The notes: a model not told the origin generated them from the letters alone. DNA of 64,000 bases from Camelus dromedarius (GCF_036321535.1 NC_087436.1:62808001-62872000); one strand, 5' to 3'. Positions 23,471 through 36,149 are shown, counted from the first letter of the stretch. Numbers and translations are program-made.

Positions 23471-26400
23471 CTTTCACTGGACTCCTTAAGAGAGTGGCTG
23501 ATACAATCATGGTTTTGAAATTTCAATGCTTAGCACTGGTACATGTGGATATTTCCTTTATTTCTCTTTCATCCAATATTACAGTCATCAGAACTCTATT
23601 AACTAGAATTTCAGCATTTATTTAGAATGATGATAATGTGAACACCTTGGTGCTATCTGACTCATTATCTGTTAAATTCCTTGCAGCATGATTTTAACAA
23701 CACTTTTAATATGCTGTATTTGGATTGAAAAAACCATGATATGCACAATAGCATTAATCCAAATATTTGATTAATTATAATACCACATTTTCCTGCCACT
23801 GAAGATAACAGATAATTTATTATTCTTGTTATAATGATATTAATATTCTAGCTAGATGAATCTATTTAAATTTAACATCAAACTCTCACTCTAGCTGATT
23901 AATATATACCAATAATTTCTTATGCTGATTTAATATGTTTAATGCACTATATACTTTTTTCAAAGTGCAAAGGTTCTTTATTTCCTTTGGATATATTTAT
24001 GAAATGAGAATAATATCTAAAGAATCGGTAACCAATAATCATCTCCACTCTGCACTTTTTCTTGAGAGTATATCATGCACATAATAGAACCTTAGAGTTT
24101 TCTGTGAGATATTCAGTACTATGGAGCCCTGAGGATGCATTTTAACAACAGCAAATATTTCCCTTTAGGGAGAGGGAATGTTCCAGTGATATACTGTGTA
24201 ATAAGGCATTGTGTTTCTAATCTTGGAGGTTTATGGGTAATGAGGAGATGAAAACAAATAAAATAGCTGGAAGAAGTTTGCTCAATGCTCAATGCAATAA
24301 AGAAGTAATCTGAATGCTGAGCATTGGCTAGCATGGAGACAAGCCTGACTAGAGGACTTTCTAAGTTACAGACCAGTCAGCTTTGGTCACTGAATGAATA
24401 AGTAATCAGACACCAGCAGGTGGAAATAGCTGTTGATTGGTTGCTTTGCTTTTCTTATTTCTTTTAGAAACAGTTGGTTCCTCTTAATGAATTGTGAGCT
24501 GAAAGTAATTTGCAACATAAAATAATCTACAAACCTGAGTCGTCCTGCAAGCATAGCACTGCTGTTGTGAAAGCCAAGGGTATAGATGAGGGCAAATTTC
24601 TGCTCTAAAATGCATTGTCAATTTTTAATTGCTGTTCTAGCTCTGTGACTCATGTCCTAATACAATAGACAAAAGATGAAATTCTAGTGCTCTTAAGCTC
24701 TCCAGGACAAGATGACTTTTTTTTTTTTTTTTTTTTTTGAGAAGGTCAGGAAAATGCTGTAACTCCAGGTAACAGTAACACACCATTTCACCATTCACAA
24801 CAGTATGTACTTAGCTTTACATTTGAGGGAATTTTTTTTTTTTAATTCAGAAAATGAAGACATTAAGGAGGACACCACTATCTGAATCAATACACTTGTT
24901 CAAAAGGAGTTTTTAGGTCTTTAAAATTTCTCCTTTTCTCTTTTTAGCTTTGTCTTCTTTTCTGCCTCCCATGGTGATTACTCATAATCCCTGAATTAAT
25001 CATTGTATATTAATTAATTAAATCAAATTAATTTCAGAATCAGTTGCATCAGTCATAACTTGAATTTGTCCAGTTCAGCAGCTGAGGCAAGACTGGTGGG
25101 AAGAACATATAAACCAGCCTTGAAACTAGAAATTTTAGTTCTGTTTCTTACAATTACCACTGAAGTATCTGGATGGTAAGCCTGAACAAAGCTTTTTCCA
25201 CAAGATGTTTGGTAAGGAGACCTTAATATTAAACCCTATTTCTTGGTTGCTTTCTTTGATTTAAAGTAATGCTAAAATGAGGGCCAAGTAATGTAACCTT
25301 TACGATATTGATTTCCTTCAGAATAACCAAAGCCAGTATAGAAGGCTACGCAGTCAGCTGCTAGCTGGAGGTTCTCCAAAGAGGCAAGTAAACAAAACAG
25401 AGCCAGTAAAAGCCACCGGAGAGCCTGCTAAAGAGCTGTAAGGGTGCTTCACAACAACTCCAAGGACTAGAGCTGTATATTTTATGATTAAACAGTGCAA
25501 ACACAAGATAGGAACAGTGATGATTTGCTAAACTTTGAATAAATTAAAATGAATAACCTTTAAAGAGGAATGATTATAACCATCACTGAGTGTTTTCTTC
25601 AGGTTTATAAAAAAGAAAAATGCTAGTTGGTCATATCATTATTTAATCAATATACATAAAAATGTGCAGCATGTTGTCAAATTACTACATTAAATTACCA
25701 AATCTTAGTCAACATGCCCAATAACATACGATGTTCATAAGGATAACATTCTACTACTTTTATTTGCACTTATATATGATCATATAGATAGTATTTCCTG
25801 CTGTAGGACTTAACTTATATGTTTTTATTTGTAGCAATGCCTGTGTCTGCTACACTGACTAGTGCTGCGTCATTAGATCAAAGGATTAATAAAAAATCTT
25901 TGTGAATGAGAATATGATATAAGTTTCCTGTGATATCCCCATTTCACTGTTTTCTGGCTGTCCCATTTACACAAAAGCTTTGGTCCATCCATTTTATTTT
26001 TTAAACAGTCAGTAGTAAGACAAAGTCCACATGAAGTTGTGCCACACTGTGTTGGAAAACCTGACTTCTCCCCTCTCTTAATCATACATAAGAAATCAAA
26101 ATGAGCCCATTTTAAGGCCAATATGTTTGCCATGCATATGAAATGAAGAAGTCTCTTGTAGCTTGGTTTACTAGATCCTGCTTTGAGCCATGACAATGTT
26201 TATTATGGAATTTGAACTCTCATTCTTTGTGGAGTCTCTTTGCTCCCAACATCATTCATGGCTATAGGCTCAGTCCCAGTAACAATTCCCACTCACTTTA
26301 GTTCAAATCAAAGAGCTATGGCCTTGTGTTAGAGTTTTTCTTTCATTTATAAAAACTGTCAAAATAGTAATTCACATGGTGGCCCTAAATGAAGTATAAT

Positions 26401-26582
26401 CAGTATATCTCATGATTAATTTTCTAAATTATGAAATAAAGATGTATGTATAACTTTTATCATATATTGGTTATTTAAAAAGTACTATATATTAGTCTTA
26501 GAAAATTTAACAAAGTAACACAGATCAGAAAATTAAAATGTGTCATCATTTTTCTGTCTAGAGATAACTACTATTTACCATC

Positions 26583-26960
26583 TGTGTTACTTGTCTAGGA
26601 CTACCTTAACAAAGTACCACAAACTATGAGGATTAAACAAGAGAAATCTATTGTCTCACAGTTCTAGAGGCTTGAAAGGTGAGATCAAGGCATCAGCAGA
26701 GTTCCTCCTTCTGCAGGCTGTGAGGGAGAAATGTGTTCTATCCCTCTTTTCTAGCTTCTAATGTTTTGCTGGCAATCTTTGTTGTTCCTTTCCTTTGGCT
26801 GCATCATCCAAGCCTCTGCTTTCATTGTCACAAGGCATTCTCCCTGTGTATGTATCTGTCTCTAAATTTCTCCTCTAAATAAGGACAACAGTCATGTCGG
26901 CTTAAGGATCCACTCTATTCCAGTATGACCTCATCTTAACCAATTACATCGGCAATAATC
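26583..26960 (-). mobile_element. MaLR LTR MLT1C
   Basis: aacaaagtaccacaaact...gtctcacagttctagagg...gctgtgagggagaaa...ccagtatgacctcatcttaaccaattacatc. Confidence 0.9.
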
Positions 26961-26961
26961 A

Positions 26962-27257
26962 CTAATGATTTTCCACTTAATAGTAAAAGCCAAAATCTTG
27001 TAAGTTCCCGGATGACTTGTCCGCATTAAATTTCCAATAATTATTCAGCCTCCTATGGCTCTCACCCCACTTCTTTCAACGTTACCTCCAACTCACTGGC
27101 TTCCTCAAAGTGTTTCCAACACTTCAGGACAGCTCTTTCTTGAGGGCATTTCTTTGCCTGCATTTCTATTTTCATTTACATCTACTTGTTCTACTTGTTC
27201 AGTCTCTCATTTTTCCAGGTTTTCATCCAAATGTCACTCTTTAAGTGAGCCTTTCCT
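26962..27257 (+). mobile_element. L2 fragment (continues after 27625)
   Basis: cactggcttcctcaaagtgtttccaac...tcatccaaatgtcactctttaagtgagcctttcct. Confidence 0.65.
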
Positions 27258-27625
27258 ATGTTGAGTAGAAGTGATGAGAGTGCACTAGTAACCTATGGTT
27301 ACCAAAGCAGGAAGGGGAGGTAAACTAGGAGTTTGGGATCAGCAGATACAAACATTATGTATAAAAGAGATAAACAACAAGGTCCTACTCTGTAATAGTG
27401 CCAGGAACTATATTCAGTATCTTGTAATAAACTATAATGGAAAGGAATATGAAGAAGAGTTTATATATATGTAATATATGTATATAAATATATATATAAT
27501 ATATGTATATAAATATATATTTATATACATATATATAAAAACTTAAATCACTTTTCTGTACACCAAAACTAACACAAAATTGTAAATTAACTATACTTCA
27601 ATAAAAAATAAATCAAACAAAATAA
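27258..27625 (+). mobile_element. L1 3' end with short 5' inversion and internal (TA)-rich expansion
   Basis: aacctatggttaccaaag...ggagtttgggatcagcagatacaaa...ttgtaaattaactatacttcaataaaaaa; degenerate TSD aagtgagcctttcct / aaataaggcttttcct. Confidence 0.88.
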
Positions 27626-28199
27626 ATAAGGCTTTTCCTGGCCCCTCTATCTTAAATTTGAACCACCTATCCCTAGTTCAACATAATATTTTTATCTGTT
27701 GTATTTATCTTTTTCCTCCCTCCACAATCTAACATGCACACCTACATCACAAGGTTGGCGTTTATTCCCCACCCTGATCTGCTTAAACAGCTTTTAATTA
27801 TAATTTTGCAAAAATCTCACAAATTTTATTCAAATGGGCCATTTTTCTACACCCTTAATAAAATTAAGAGCATAGCACTATGTTCTGAATTTGCAAAAAA
27901 CATTTCAGGGGATAGTAGGAATCAATTCAATGTTTTCTGGTTTCTTGTTTTATTAAAGTAATAGAGATTAGTAGGCCAAAGGATAATTAATATTTAAAAT
28001 GGGATGTTTCTTGCAAATATTTAGTATCTAGGAAGTTTTGGCTATTGATTAAAATATGTGGTGAGTAAGTCAAGTGTTTAATATAATGAAATGGCAAGTT
28101 AAATGTTGGGGTGAGCTGTTCAAGGGAATATTTTTACATTATGTAGCCATAAATACATTATCTACAAGTATGTTTAAATATTACCCATGGAGCAGCCAA

Positions 28200-28560
28200 A
28201 GTGATACTTATATAGCATAAGGCAGATTATGTCATCACTCTTTCAAAATCTTCTAATGCCTCTTTACATTACTTAGTATAAAACTAAAAGTTATCACAAT
28301 TTCTTGCTTAGTCACTATCTTCTGACTATTACTCAAATGTCACCTTTTGAGTTGCATTCCTCATGATACTATTTAAAGTTGCATTACTTCCAGTCTCCTA
28401 TTCCCCTCTTCATTGTTTGATTTTGCTATATATTTACTTATTTCTTTATGCCTTTCTCCACTACAAATGTAAGCTATTCAAACACAGAGATTTTCATCTG
28501 AATTTTTCACTAATTTGTTCCTTTTGTCTATAATATCACAAAATGAATCAGTTAACTCAG
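28200..28560 (+). mobile_element. L2 fragment
   Basis: agcagccaaagtgat...cagattatgtca...ttactcaaatgtcacc...ctacaaatgtaagct. Confidence 0.65.
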
Positions 28561-30680
28561 GTGCAAATTCCTCAAATCTATACACAGTACAAATGCACAC
28601 ATAGCCACTCAAACTAAGTATTTATATGGACTAAGTAGAAGTATAAAAAACATGATTTACTTTTAAATTATCAAATTTTCCTAATTTAGAAGTATAACGA
28701 TTTGAAATAAACTTAAATTTGAAATTAAAATTTTCAAGAATTAATTGAAAGACTCATACACCACGATCAAGTAGGATTAATTCCAGAAATGCAAGGATGG
28801 TTCAACATCTGCAAATCAGTAAGTGCATTACACCACATTGATAAAATGAAGAATAAAAATCGTAAGATTATTTTAATAGATGCAGAAAAAACATTTGACA
28901 AAATTCAACATCCATTTTTGATAAAAACTCTCAACAAAGTAGGTACAGAGTGAACATACCTCAAAATAATAAAGGCTATATATGACAAGCCCACAGTTAA
29001 CTTTATACTCAACAGTGAAATCTGAAAGCATTTGCTCTAAGATCAGGAACAAGACAAGGATTCCCACTCTCACCACTATTATTCACATAGTATTAGAAAT
29101 CCAGCCAGAACAATTAGGCAAAAGAAAGAAATAAGGCATCCAAATTGGAAAGGAAGAAGTAAAACTGTCACTGTTTGGAGATAACTCAGTATTACACATT
29201 AAAAAAGCCTAAAGACTCCATCAGAAAACTCTTAGAACTAATAAACAAATGTGGTAAAGTTTAAAGATACAAAATAAATACACAGCAATCTGTTACATTT
29301 CTATAAAATAAGAATGAACTCTCAGAGAAACTTAAAAACTAATCTAATTTATAACTGCATCAAAAAGAACAAAATACCTAGGAATAAATTTAACCAACAA
29401 GATAAAAGATCTGTGTATAGAAAACTATAAGACATTAATGAAATAAATTGAAAAAGTCACAAATAAATGGAAATGTATTCTATGCTCATGAATTGGAAGA
29501 ATCAGTATTGTTAAAATGGCCACACTACCTAAAGCAATATACAGATTCAATGCAATCCCTATCAAAATTCCAATGGCATTTTTTGTTTGTTCGTTTACAG
29601 AAATAGAAAAAGTAGTCCTAAATTGTATGAAATCATAAAAGGCCTGAATAGCCAAAACAATCTAGAGAAGGTAAAACAATGCTGGATGCATCATGCTCTC
29701 TAATTTAAAACTGTATTAAAAAGCTATAGTAATTAAAATAGTGTGGTATTGGCATAAAAAAACAGACTCATAGATCATTAGACAAGAATAGAGAGTTCAG
29801 AAATAAACCCACTCATATATTGTCAACCAATTTACTGCAAAGGAGCTCAGAATATAAAATAAGGAAGGGACAGTCTCTTCAACAAATGGTGCTGGGAAAA
29901 CTGGAAAGCCACATGCAAAACAGTGAAACTGGACCATTATATTACACCATATACAAAAATTAACTAAAAATGAATTAAAGACTTGAATGTTAAGCATGAA
30001 ACCATAAAAAAATCCTATAAGGAAACACAGGTGGTAAGTTCCTTGACCTAGGTCTTGGCAATGATTTTTTCAATCTGACACCAAAAGAAATGAAAGCAAA
30101 AATAAACAAGTAGGACTACATCAAACTAAAAAGCTTCTGTGCAGCAAAGGAATCCATCAAAAGGATAAAAAGGGAACCTACTAAAGGAGAGAAAATATTT
30201 GCAAATCATTTATTTGATAAGAGGCTAATAATCTAAAATACATAAAGAACTCATACAACTCAACAGCAGAACAACAATCTGATTAAAAAATGGGCAAAGT
30301 GTCTGAATAGACATTTTTCCAAAGAAGGCATACAGATGGCCAATAGGTACATGAAAAGATGCTCAACATCAGCAGTCATCAGGGAAATGCAAATCAAAAC
30401 CCAAAGAGGATATCAGTTCACACTTGTTAACATAGCTATGATCAAAAAGACAAGCCATAACAAATGCTGGCAAGGATATGGAGAAAAGAGAGCCCTTGGG
30501 TACTGTTGTTGGAAATGTAAATTTGTGCAGTCACTAATGGAAACACTACGAAACTTTCTCAAACGTCTGAAAATAGAACTACCATATGATCTTGTAGTTC
30601 CACTTCTCAGTATTTATCTGAAGAAAATTAAAACACTAATTTAAAAAGTATATGCATCCCCATGTTTATTACAGCATTAT

Positions 30681-30850
30681 AATAAAAAAATTTATTGAAG
30701 TGTAGTTGATTACAATGTTAGTTTCAGGTATACAGTCAAGTGATTCAGTTACACACATACATACATACATATGTATGTTCTTTTCAGATTATTTTTTCTT
30801 ATAATAACATACTAATGGAAAAGAATCTGAAAAGAACATATATATGTATG
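30681..30850 (-). mobile_element. Short L1 3' end with inverted-duplicated 5' end, nested in the older L1
   Basis: tttattgaagtgtagttgattacaatgttagtttcaggtatacag; TSD cagcattat 30672-30680 / 30851-30859. Confidence 0.88.
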
Positions 30851-31106
30851 CAGCATTATTTTGAATAACCAAGATACAGAAACAACCTAAGTGTCTTTCA
30901 GTGGATTAACAGAGAAAGAAACTGTGGTGTATATATGATTGCAATGGAGTATCACTTGGGTATAAAAAGAATGAAATCTTATTCAGTCATTAAAAAAAAT
31001 CTGGCCACTTATGACAACATGGATGGAGCTTGAGGGCATTATGCTAAGTGGAATAAATCAGACAGAGAAAGATAAATACTGCATAACCTCTCTTATATGT
31101 GGAATC

Positions 31107-31180
31107 ATGTCTACCTATATATTTATACATCTATCTATTTACCCATCATCTATCGATCTACCTACCTACCTATCTATCTT
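31107..31180. repeat. Degenerate (ATCT/ACCT)n tetranucleotide repeat
   Basis: catctatctatttacccatcatctatcgatctacctacctacctatctatct. Confidence 0.75.
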
Positions 31181-31269
31181 AAGCTCAAACTCATAAGAAA
31201 CAGAGGGTGGTAAGAAAAATGACTGCATTTTTTTTTAGCTTAAATACTTTTTTTAAAAGAGGAGAGAAA

Positions 31270-31550
31270 ATACATTGTGTCATCAGAGAAAAGCTATTTG
31301 AGTTAGCTGTCAAAGGACAGGGAAGGTGCATGAGACAGAAGATATAGCATAAGCAAATGCACACAGCCTGTAATGCAGAGAAGGTATGAGGAAGTGCAAA
31401 GAGGTTTGTTTGACTGGGACACAGGGTAAACAAAAGTGAGTAAGACTTCAAAGATTGGATGTGTATTTTTATGAAAAACCTCGAATGCGAGGATTGGAAG
31501 GTTAGGTACTAAGTAGATATGGGTCAGGGCACTGAGAATTTTTCCAAACA
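31270..31550 (-). mobile_element. L2 fragment
   Basis: gctatttgagttagctgtcaaaggac...agcataagcaaatgcacacagcc. Confidence 0.55.
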
Positions 31551-32727
31551 TCACAAGAGCTCTAAGGGGCTATCACAGGTTATGGAGCACACAGTGCCTT
31601 GTTGAGGCAAGGCAGGTCTTAAAACAGGTAAGATATGCCCTGCATCTCCTGAGATTCTTTATCTGAGTAAGTCAGTTCTTTCCCCAAACAGCCTCAACAA
31701 AGAAACAAAAAAGCCCCCAAACAAAAAACACAACACATAAATTTACTCCTGGAGACATAGGTTTGCAGTCTGGAAACAAGCCATTTAATTTTTCTAGATG
31801 TCTATCAATTCAGAAGTAATAGAGAAGTCACCAGAATAATATAGGGGTAAGTGGTAAATGGCTGGCTAGAGAATAAATCTGCAAACATCAGTGGTTTCAG
31901 AAACTGTACCCTGGGCTCAGAGTGAACTTTGCTCTGGTTCTGCCACTGTTTTCCCCTGAGGTCACCTCATCTGAAGGCTTAAAGAGGTGCTGTTCCCCTA
32001 CTGATGTTTATTAAGTGCCCGTACTTCCAAGGAAGTGGCGTCCAGTTGTGTAAAAGTGCAGGGGACAGAGGCAGTCTACAGTCTGATTTCTATGAGGGCC
32101 TCACCACAAGCAACCTGTCTCTCACAGAGTATCCAGTTGGCTGTTTGTACCTTGTGGTTCAGTTTGTCAGAAAAAAGCACCTTATAAAGAAAGGATTTAA
32201 TTCATGTCCTAGAAGAACATTTCTAAAGTTAATTTTTTTCCCCTTGGGACACTGGACCAAACACATAATGAGCTTGTCAACCTACTGAAGATTATTCTAT
32301 GGCATCTATATTCAATGACAGGTTTGATTGCACCGAATATTTAAAGAGATTTCTTTCCCTAATTTATCAGCTCTGTTGAAACTGTCATCCAACTGAGTAA
32401 ATAAATAGCTCCAATTTAAAAATACATAATTTAAACACTTAAAAAATAAAATTTAAATTTTGAAATTTGAAAATGGACTTAAAATAATTCTTAGCAAATA
32501 TTGACTGTGGAATACTGTGGAAATAATTAAACAAAATGCATTTTAAAAACAGTTGAAACTTTTATAAATATATGGGTTTCTGAATCATGAGGAATCCTCA
32601 ACATAAACAGAGGTACCTGTCATTGATACAAAAATGAAATTCAGTTATAAACCATAATTTCTGAATTATCTAGGAATTTTATGTTGTAACATTGTAAGCA
32701 AAAATCATTCACAATTTCAATTGTGCA

Positions 32728-32831
32728 TTATATATATAAATGAATCACTACGATGTACACCAGAAAGTAACACATTATAAATTGACTATATACTTCAATG
32801 TATAATTTAATTTAATTTAATTTAAAAAAAG
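32728..32831 (+). mobile_element. Very short L1 3' end with (TTTAA)n/A tail
   Basis: tgaatcactacgatgtacaccagaaagtaacacattataaattgactatatacttcaat. Confidence 0.85.
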
Positions 32832-32857
32832 AAAATGGTTGAAGTTTTGACAGATCA

Positions 32858-33320
32858 CTGTTAAATCCCACTGATCAAATTCCCCAAGAAACACATGCGT
32901 AGGCAATAAAAATAATGATAAAGTTTAGTGAGATTGCTGCAGCGAGGGAGAACATACCTCAGAGCAAGCATGGGGCATCACGTATGAGAGAACGAGAGAT
33001 TTGGAAGGGCTTGTAGGCTTTTAACAGGATTTGTGTTTGGGCTGGAAATTATTACAAGTTTTTAAGGAAGTGGAGCTACTTCTTGACTGCACACTGTCAG
33101 GACTGGAGTTGTTATGGCTGAAGGAGCAGCCTGTTAGCAGTGTGGCAGTGCTCTGGTCTTGCCTGGAGTTCAGTTCAGCTCACAGAATGGTCCTGCTGGA
33201 GCATTTCTTGTAGTCTGCAAGCAATATTGATATGTGGTTGGGAACACCCTATCCTGGTTGCCAGCAGGGCCATTTCTGCTTTACACAGACTTAGTAGTTT
33301 GGAATTCATCATTTTTAATA
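32858..33320 (-). mobile_element. Old ERV1-class solo LTR (LTR78/LTR79-like)
   Basis: tgttaaat...aaagtttagtgagattgctgcagcgagggagaacatacc resembles recalled LTR78/79 antisense. Confidence 0.5.
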
Positions 33321-33479
33321 AAACTCAGTCATCATTACAGCCAAAAAAATAAAGATGATTTTAATGCAAGCTCATAAGTGGCAGTGGACAGATGTAGACT
33401 TGGGTTCAGTGTCTTCACTATGTCTTAATTCATTGCTTAGGCTAGTGATAAATAATGGAAAAATAGAGACTTGGACTTG

Positions 33480-33660
33480 GTAAGTGCAGGCTGGTAAAAA
33501 CACATGGACCTAAGAATCAAGGACAGTGATAGACTTGATACAAAGGAATTATATAAATTTAGCAAGTGTGTTAATCATCTCTCTTCAGTTTCTCTATTGC
33601 AAAATCCTAACATTAGTAATTAATTCTATGATATGCACTTAGAATTTAATGAGTGTTACA
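33480..33660 (+). mobile_element. MIR SINE
   Basis: agcaagtgtgttaatcatctctcttcagtttctctattgcaaaat. Confidence 0.5.
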
Positions 33661-33865
33661 ATTTTTAAAAACACACAAATTAAACGTCTTCTCAAAGTGC
33701 AAGCTAATGGTCTTTCATGCCTGCTCTAATGATTCAGTGATTCAGTCAACTAATTCATTGGTATTTAAGCTAAAAAGTTAGCATTATCAGATATTATATG
33801 TTTAACAATTCCAAGTCATGTCTCTAAAATAATATCAACAAAAACCTCCATGTTAGAAGTGTGCT

Positions 33866-34269
33866 TTTTATCTTTTGAGCTCCTTCACGCATTTCTGCCA
33901 CCCCCATCTCCCAGTGGCAACCATCTGTCTGTTCTCTGTATTCCTGAGTTTGTAGGGGCTTTTGTTTTTTTGATAAAAAGTTAAAAGTTCTAATTATAAG
34001 ATAAATAAGTTCTGGGTATACAATGTGCAGCATGATGACTATAGCTAATAATATTATGTTATATATTTGAAAGTTACTAAGACAGTAGATCTTAAAAGTT
34101 CTCATCACAAGAAAAAATGTTTATAACTATAAGAGATGATTGATGTTAAAAATTATCATGATGATTCTTTCACAATATATGCTAATATCAAGTCATAATG
34201 TTGCACACCTTAGACTAACACAATGTTATATATCATTATATCTCAGTACAACTGGAAAAATTTTTTAAG
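33866..34269 (+). mobile_element. L1MA9/10-like 3'UTR with 5' inversion (33866-33974 inverted)
   Basis: TSD agaagtgtgct at 33855-33865 and 34270-34280; direct part ttataagataaataagttctggg...gtagatcttaaaagttctcatcacaag. Confidence 0.9.
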
Positions 34270-34880
34270 AGAAGTGTGCTCCTCTGTGACAGCGATTTAT
34301 AACAATTATTTTTTGAATTCTCATTAGGTACAACCTACATTTCTCTATTTCTAAATCCACATAAGTAGCTTGAAATAAACACACATACACCTATATGCAT
34401 ATATACACACTCACAATGTCATTTGGAGAAGGATTAAAGATTGTTTATAAAGAGAATTATAAAATAAAAATAAAAATATATTAATAATATAAATATTTAT
34501 ATAAAATTTGGCATGGGCTAAGTATAGAAACTGGCATATAAAAAACATAATTTCTATGTGAAATACAAAAGAGATGCTTGCATCTTTTATCAAATAAAAC
34601 AGGACTAACTAAAATCTTCTCAAAAATTATTTTGTGTTAAAAAGCACATTCATAAAAAACAAGGTGAAGAGTTGTGGGAGTGGTGCAGTATAGACAAGAA
34701 TATTTATAAGGAGAGATTTAAGGCAGGCTGATAGTTTCCCTTCAATGGACTAAAAACCCAAAGGACAGAAACGTAAAAGAAGCCAACATTTGGAAGAAAG
34801 AAAGAGGACACAAGGAGGGGGGATTTCAGAAGAACTTGTTTTAGTTAAAAGTAGACTGGAAACAAAATATGTGGCGGCAT

Positions 34881-35397
34881 TGTGGTAGGCTGAGAAATAG
34901 CTCCCCACAGATACCGGGTCCTAACACCTGGAACCTAGAAATAGTACATTATAAACTAAAAGTTCTTTACAGATATAATTAACTAAGGATCTTGAGGCAG
35001 GGAGATCATCCTGAATTATAAGGATGGACCCTAAGTATATTTATGTATCTCCTTATAAGAGGGAATTAAAGGGACACTTCACACATGTGGCCCTCAAGCG
35101 TGCACACACAGGAGAGTAATGTGAAAATAGAGTAGGACTTGAAGATGCTGGCCGTGGACTTGGGAGTGATGTGGCCACAGCACAACGGAAGTCAGCAGCC
35201 ACTAGGTGAAAGAGGAGAGGAGTAGATTCTCTTCTACAGCCACCAGAGGGAGCCCTGCTGACACCTTGGTATTAGCCCAGAGAATGGTTTCAGACTTCGG
35301 GCCTCCCAAATTGCTAAAAAATAAATTAATAAATTTCTTTTGTTTTAAGCTCTCCATTTATGTTAATTTGTAACAGCAGGCACAGTAAACTAATCCA
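34881..35397 (+). mobile_element. Complete MaLR solo LTR, MLT1D
   Basis: Starts tgtggtaggc; aaggatcttgaggcagggagatcatcctg; ends gtaacagcagg...aaactaatcca; possible 5-bp TSD ggcat/agcac. Confidence 0.9.
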
Positions 35398-36149
35398 AGC
35401 ACTATACACAAAATAGATGTCAACACTGCATAGATTCTCTGATTATTTCAATAGGCTACAAAAATTGTGAGAAATCTGTCATTTTGACCTTGACTTTTCC
35501 AATACAAGCTGAGAGCCTCATAGTGGCATTGCTGGAGCAGGCAAAAATGAGCCAGTGTGAATCCTTTGCAGAGATGAGGTTTTGACAGACAGGGTTTATT
35601 TTTTATAAATTGATAAATTAATTATATTATTTCTGGGAAAATTAGAAAAATTATTTATAGAAAAACCACATTAATTGTTTCCATTTTGGGGAGAGTTTTT
35701 TTTTTTTTTCCCAAAAGGAATTACTCTGAGTGATAGGTGTCCTCATAAGTATTAAAAACTAGTTCAACTTCTAGAAAGCACGAAGCATAATTATAGTATC
35801 CCATTTTTGAAAACAACACAATTTACCAAAAAGGAAGTTAAAAACATCTTTATATATGCTAAAATGATAGGAAATGGTCACAATCTCATACCATAAAGTT
35901 AGAACAATATCTGCCAGATAAACTCTTTAATCCCAATTGGAAGAGGATGCCTGACATTTGAGTGGACAAGGTACCATTTAATGATATGGGTAGCTAGAGG
36001 GAGAAACAGGTTGAAGTGTAATTTTTTAAAAATCTATTTTTAACAGTAATTTCATTAGGATAATTAGACTTCAAAATTAACATGTAAGGTGAGCAATTTA
36101 ATATACAACTGAGTTCAGTCAAAATATAACTTTAGGACACAGTGGTACA

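Larger units (their letters stand above)
28745..31215 (+). mobile_element. L1 (L1MA9/10-like), ~2.4 kb ORF2 RT to 3'UTR, disrupted
   Basis: catacaccacgatcaagtagga (IHHDQVG), gatgcagaaaaaacatttgacaaaattcaacatcc (DAEK.FDKIQHP), ggaacaagacaagga (GTRQG); [25 protein letters not shown]; many stops and frameshifts. Confidence 0.95.

Noticed and set aside
25873..26196. 107-aa Cys-containing minus-strand ORF (CGTTSCGLC)
   Set aside because: Non-ATG start, no recognisable domain and no supporting gene structure; length is compatible with chance.
27460..27537. AT-only quasi-palindrome as a special structure
   Set aside because: Expansion of the (TA)n tract normally present in this L1 3'UTR; TA repeats are self-complementary by nature.
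28745..31215. Functional reverse transcriptase system
   Set aside because: 5'-truncated with many stops and frameshifts and a nested insertion; an ordinary dead L1.
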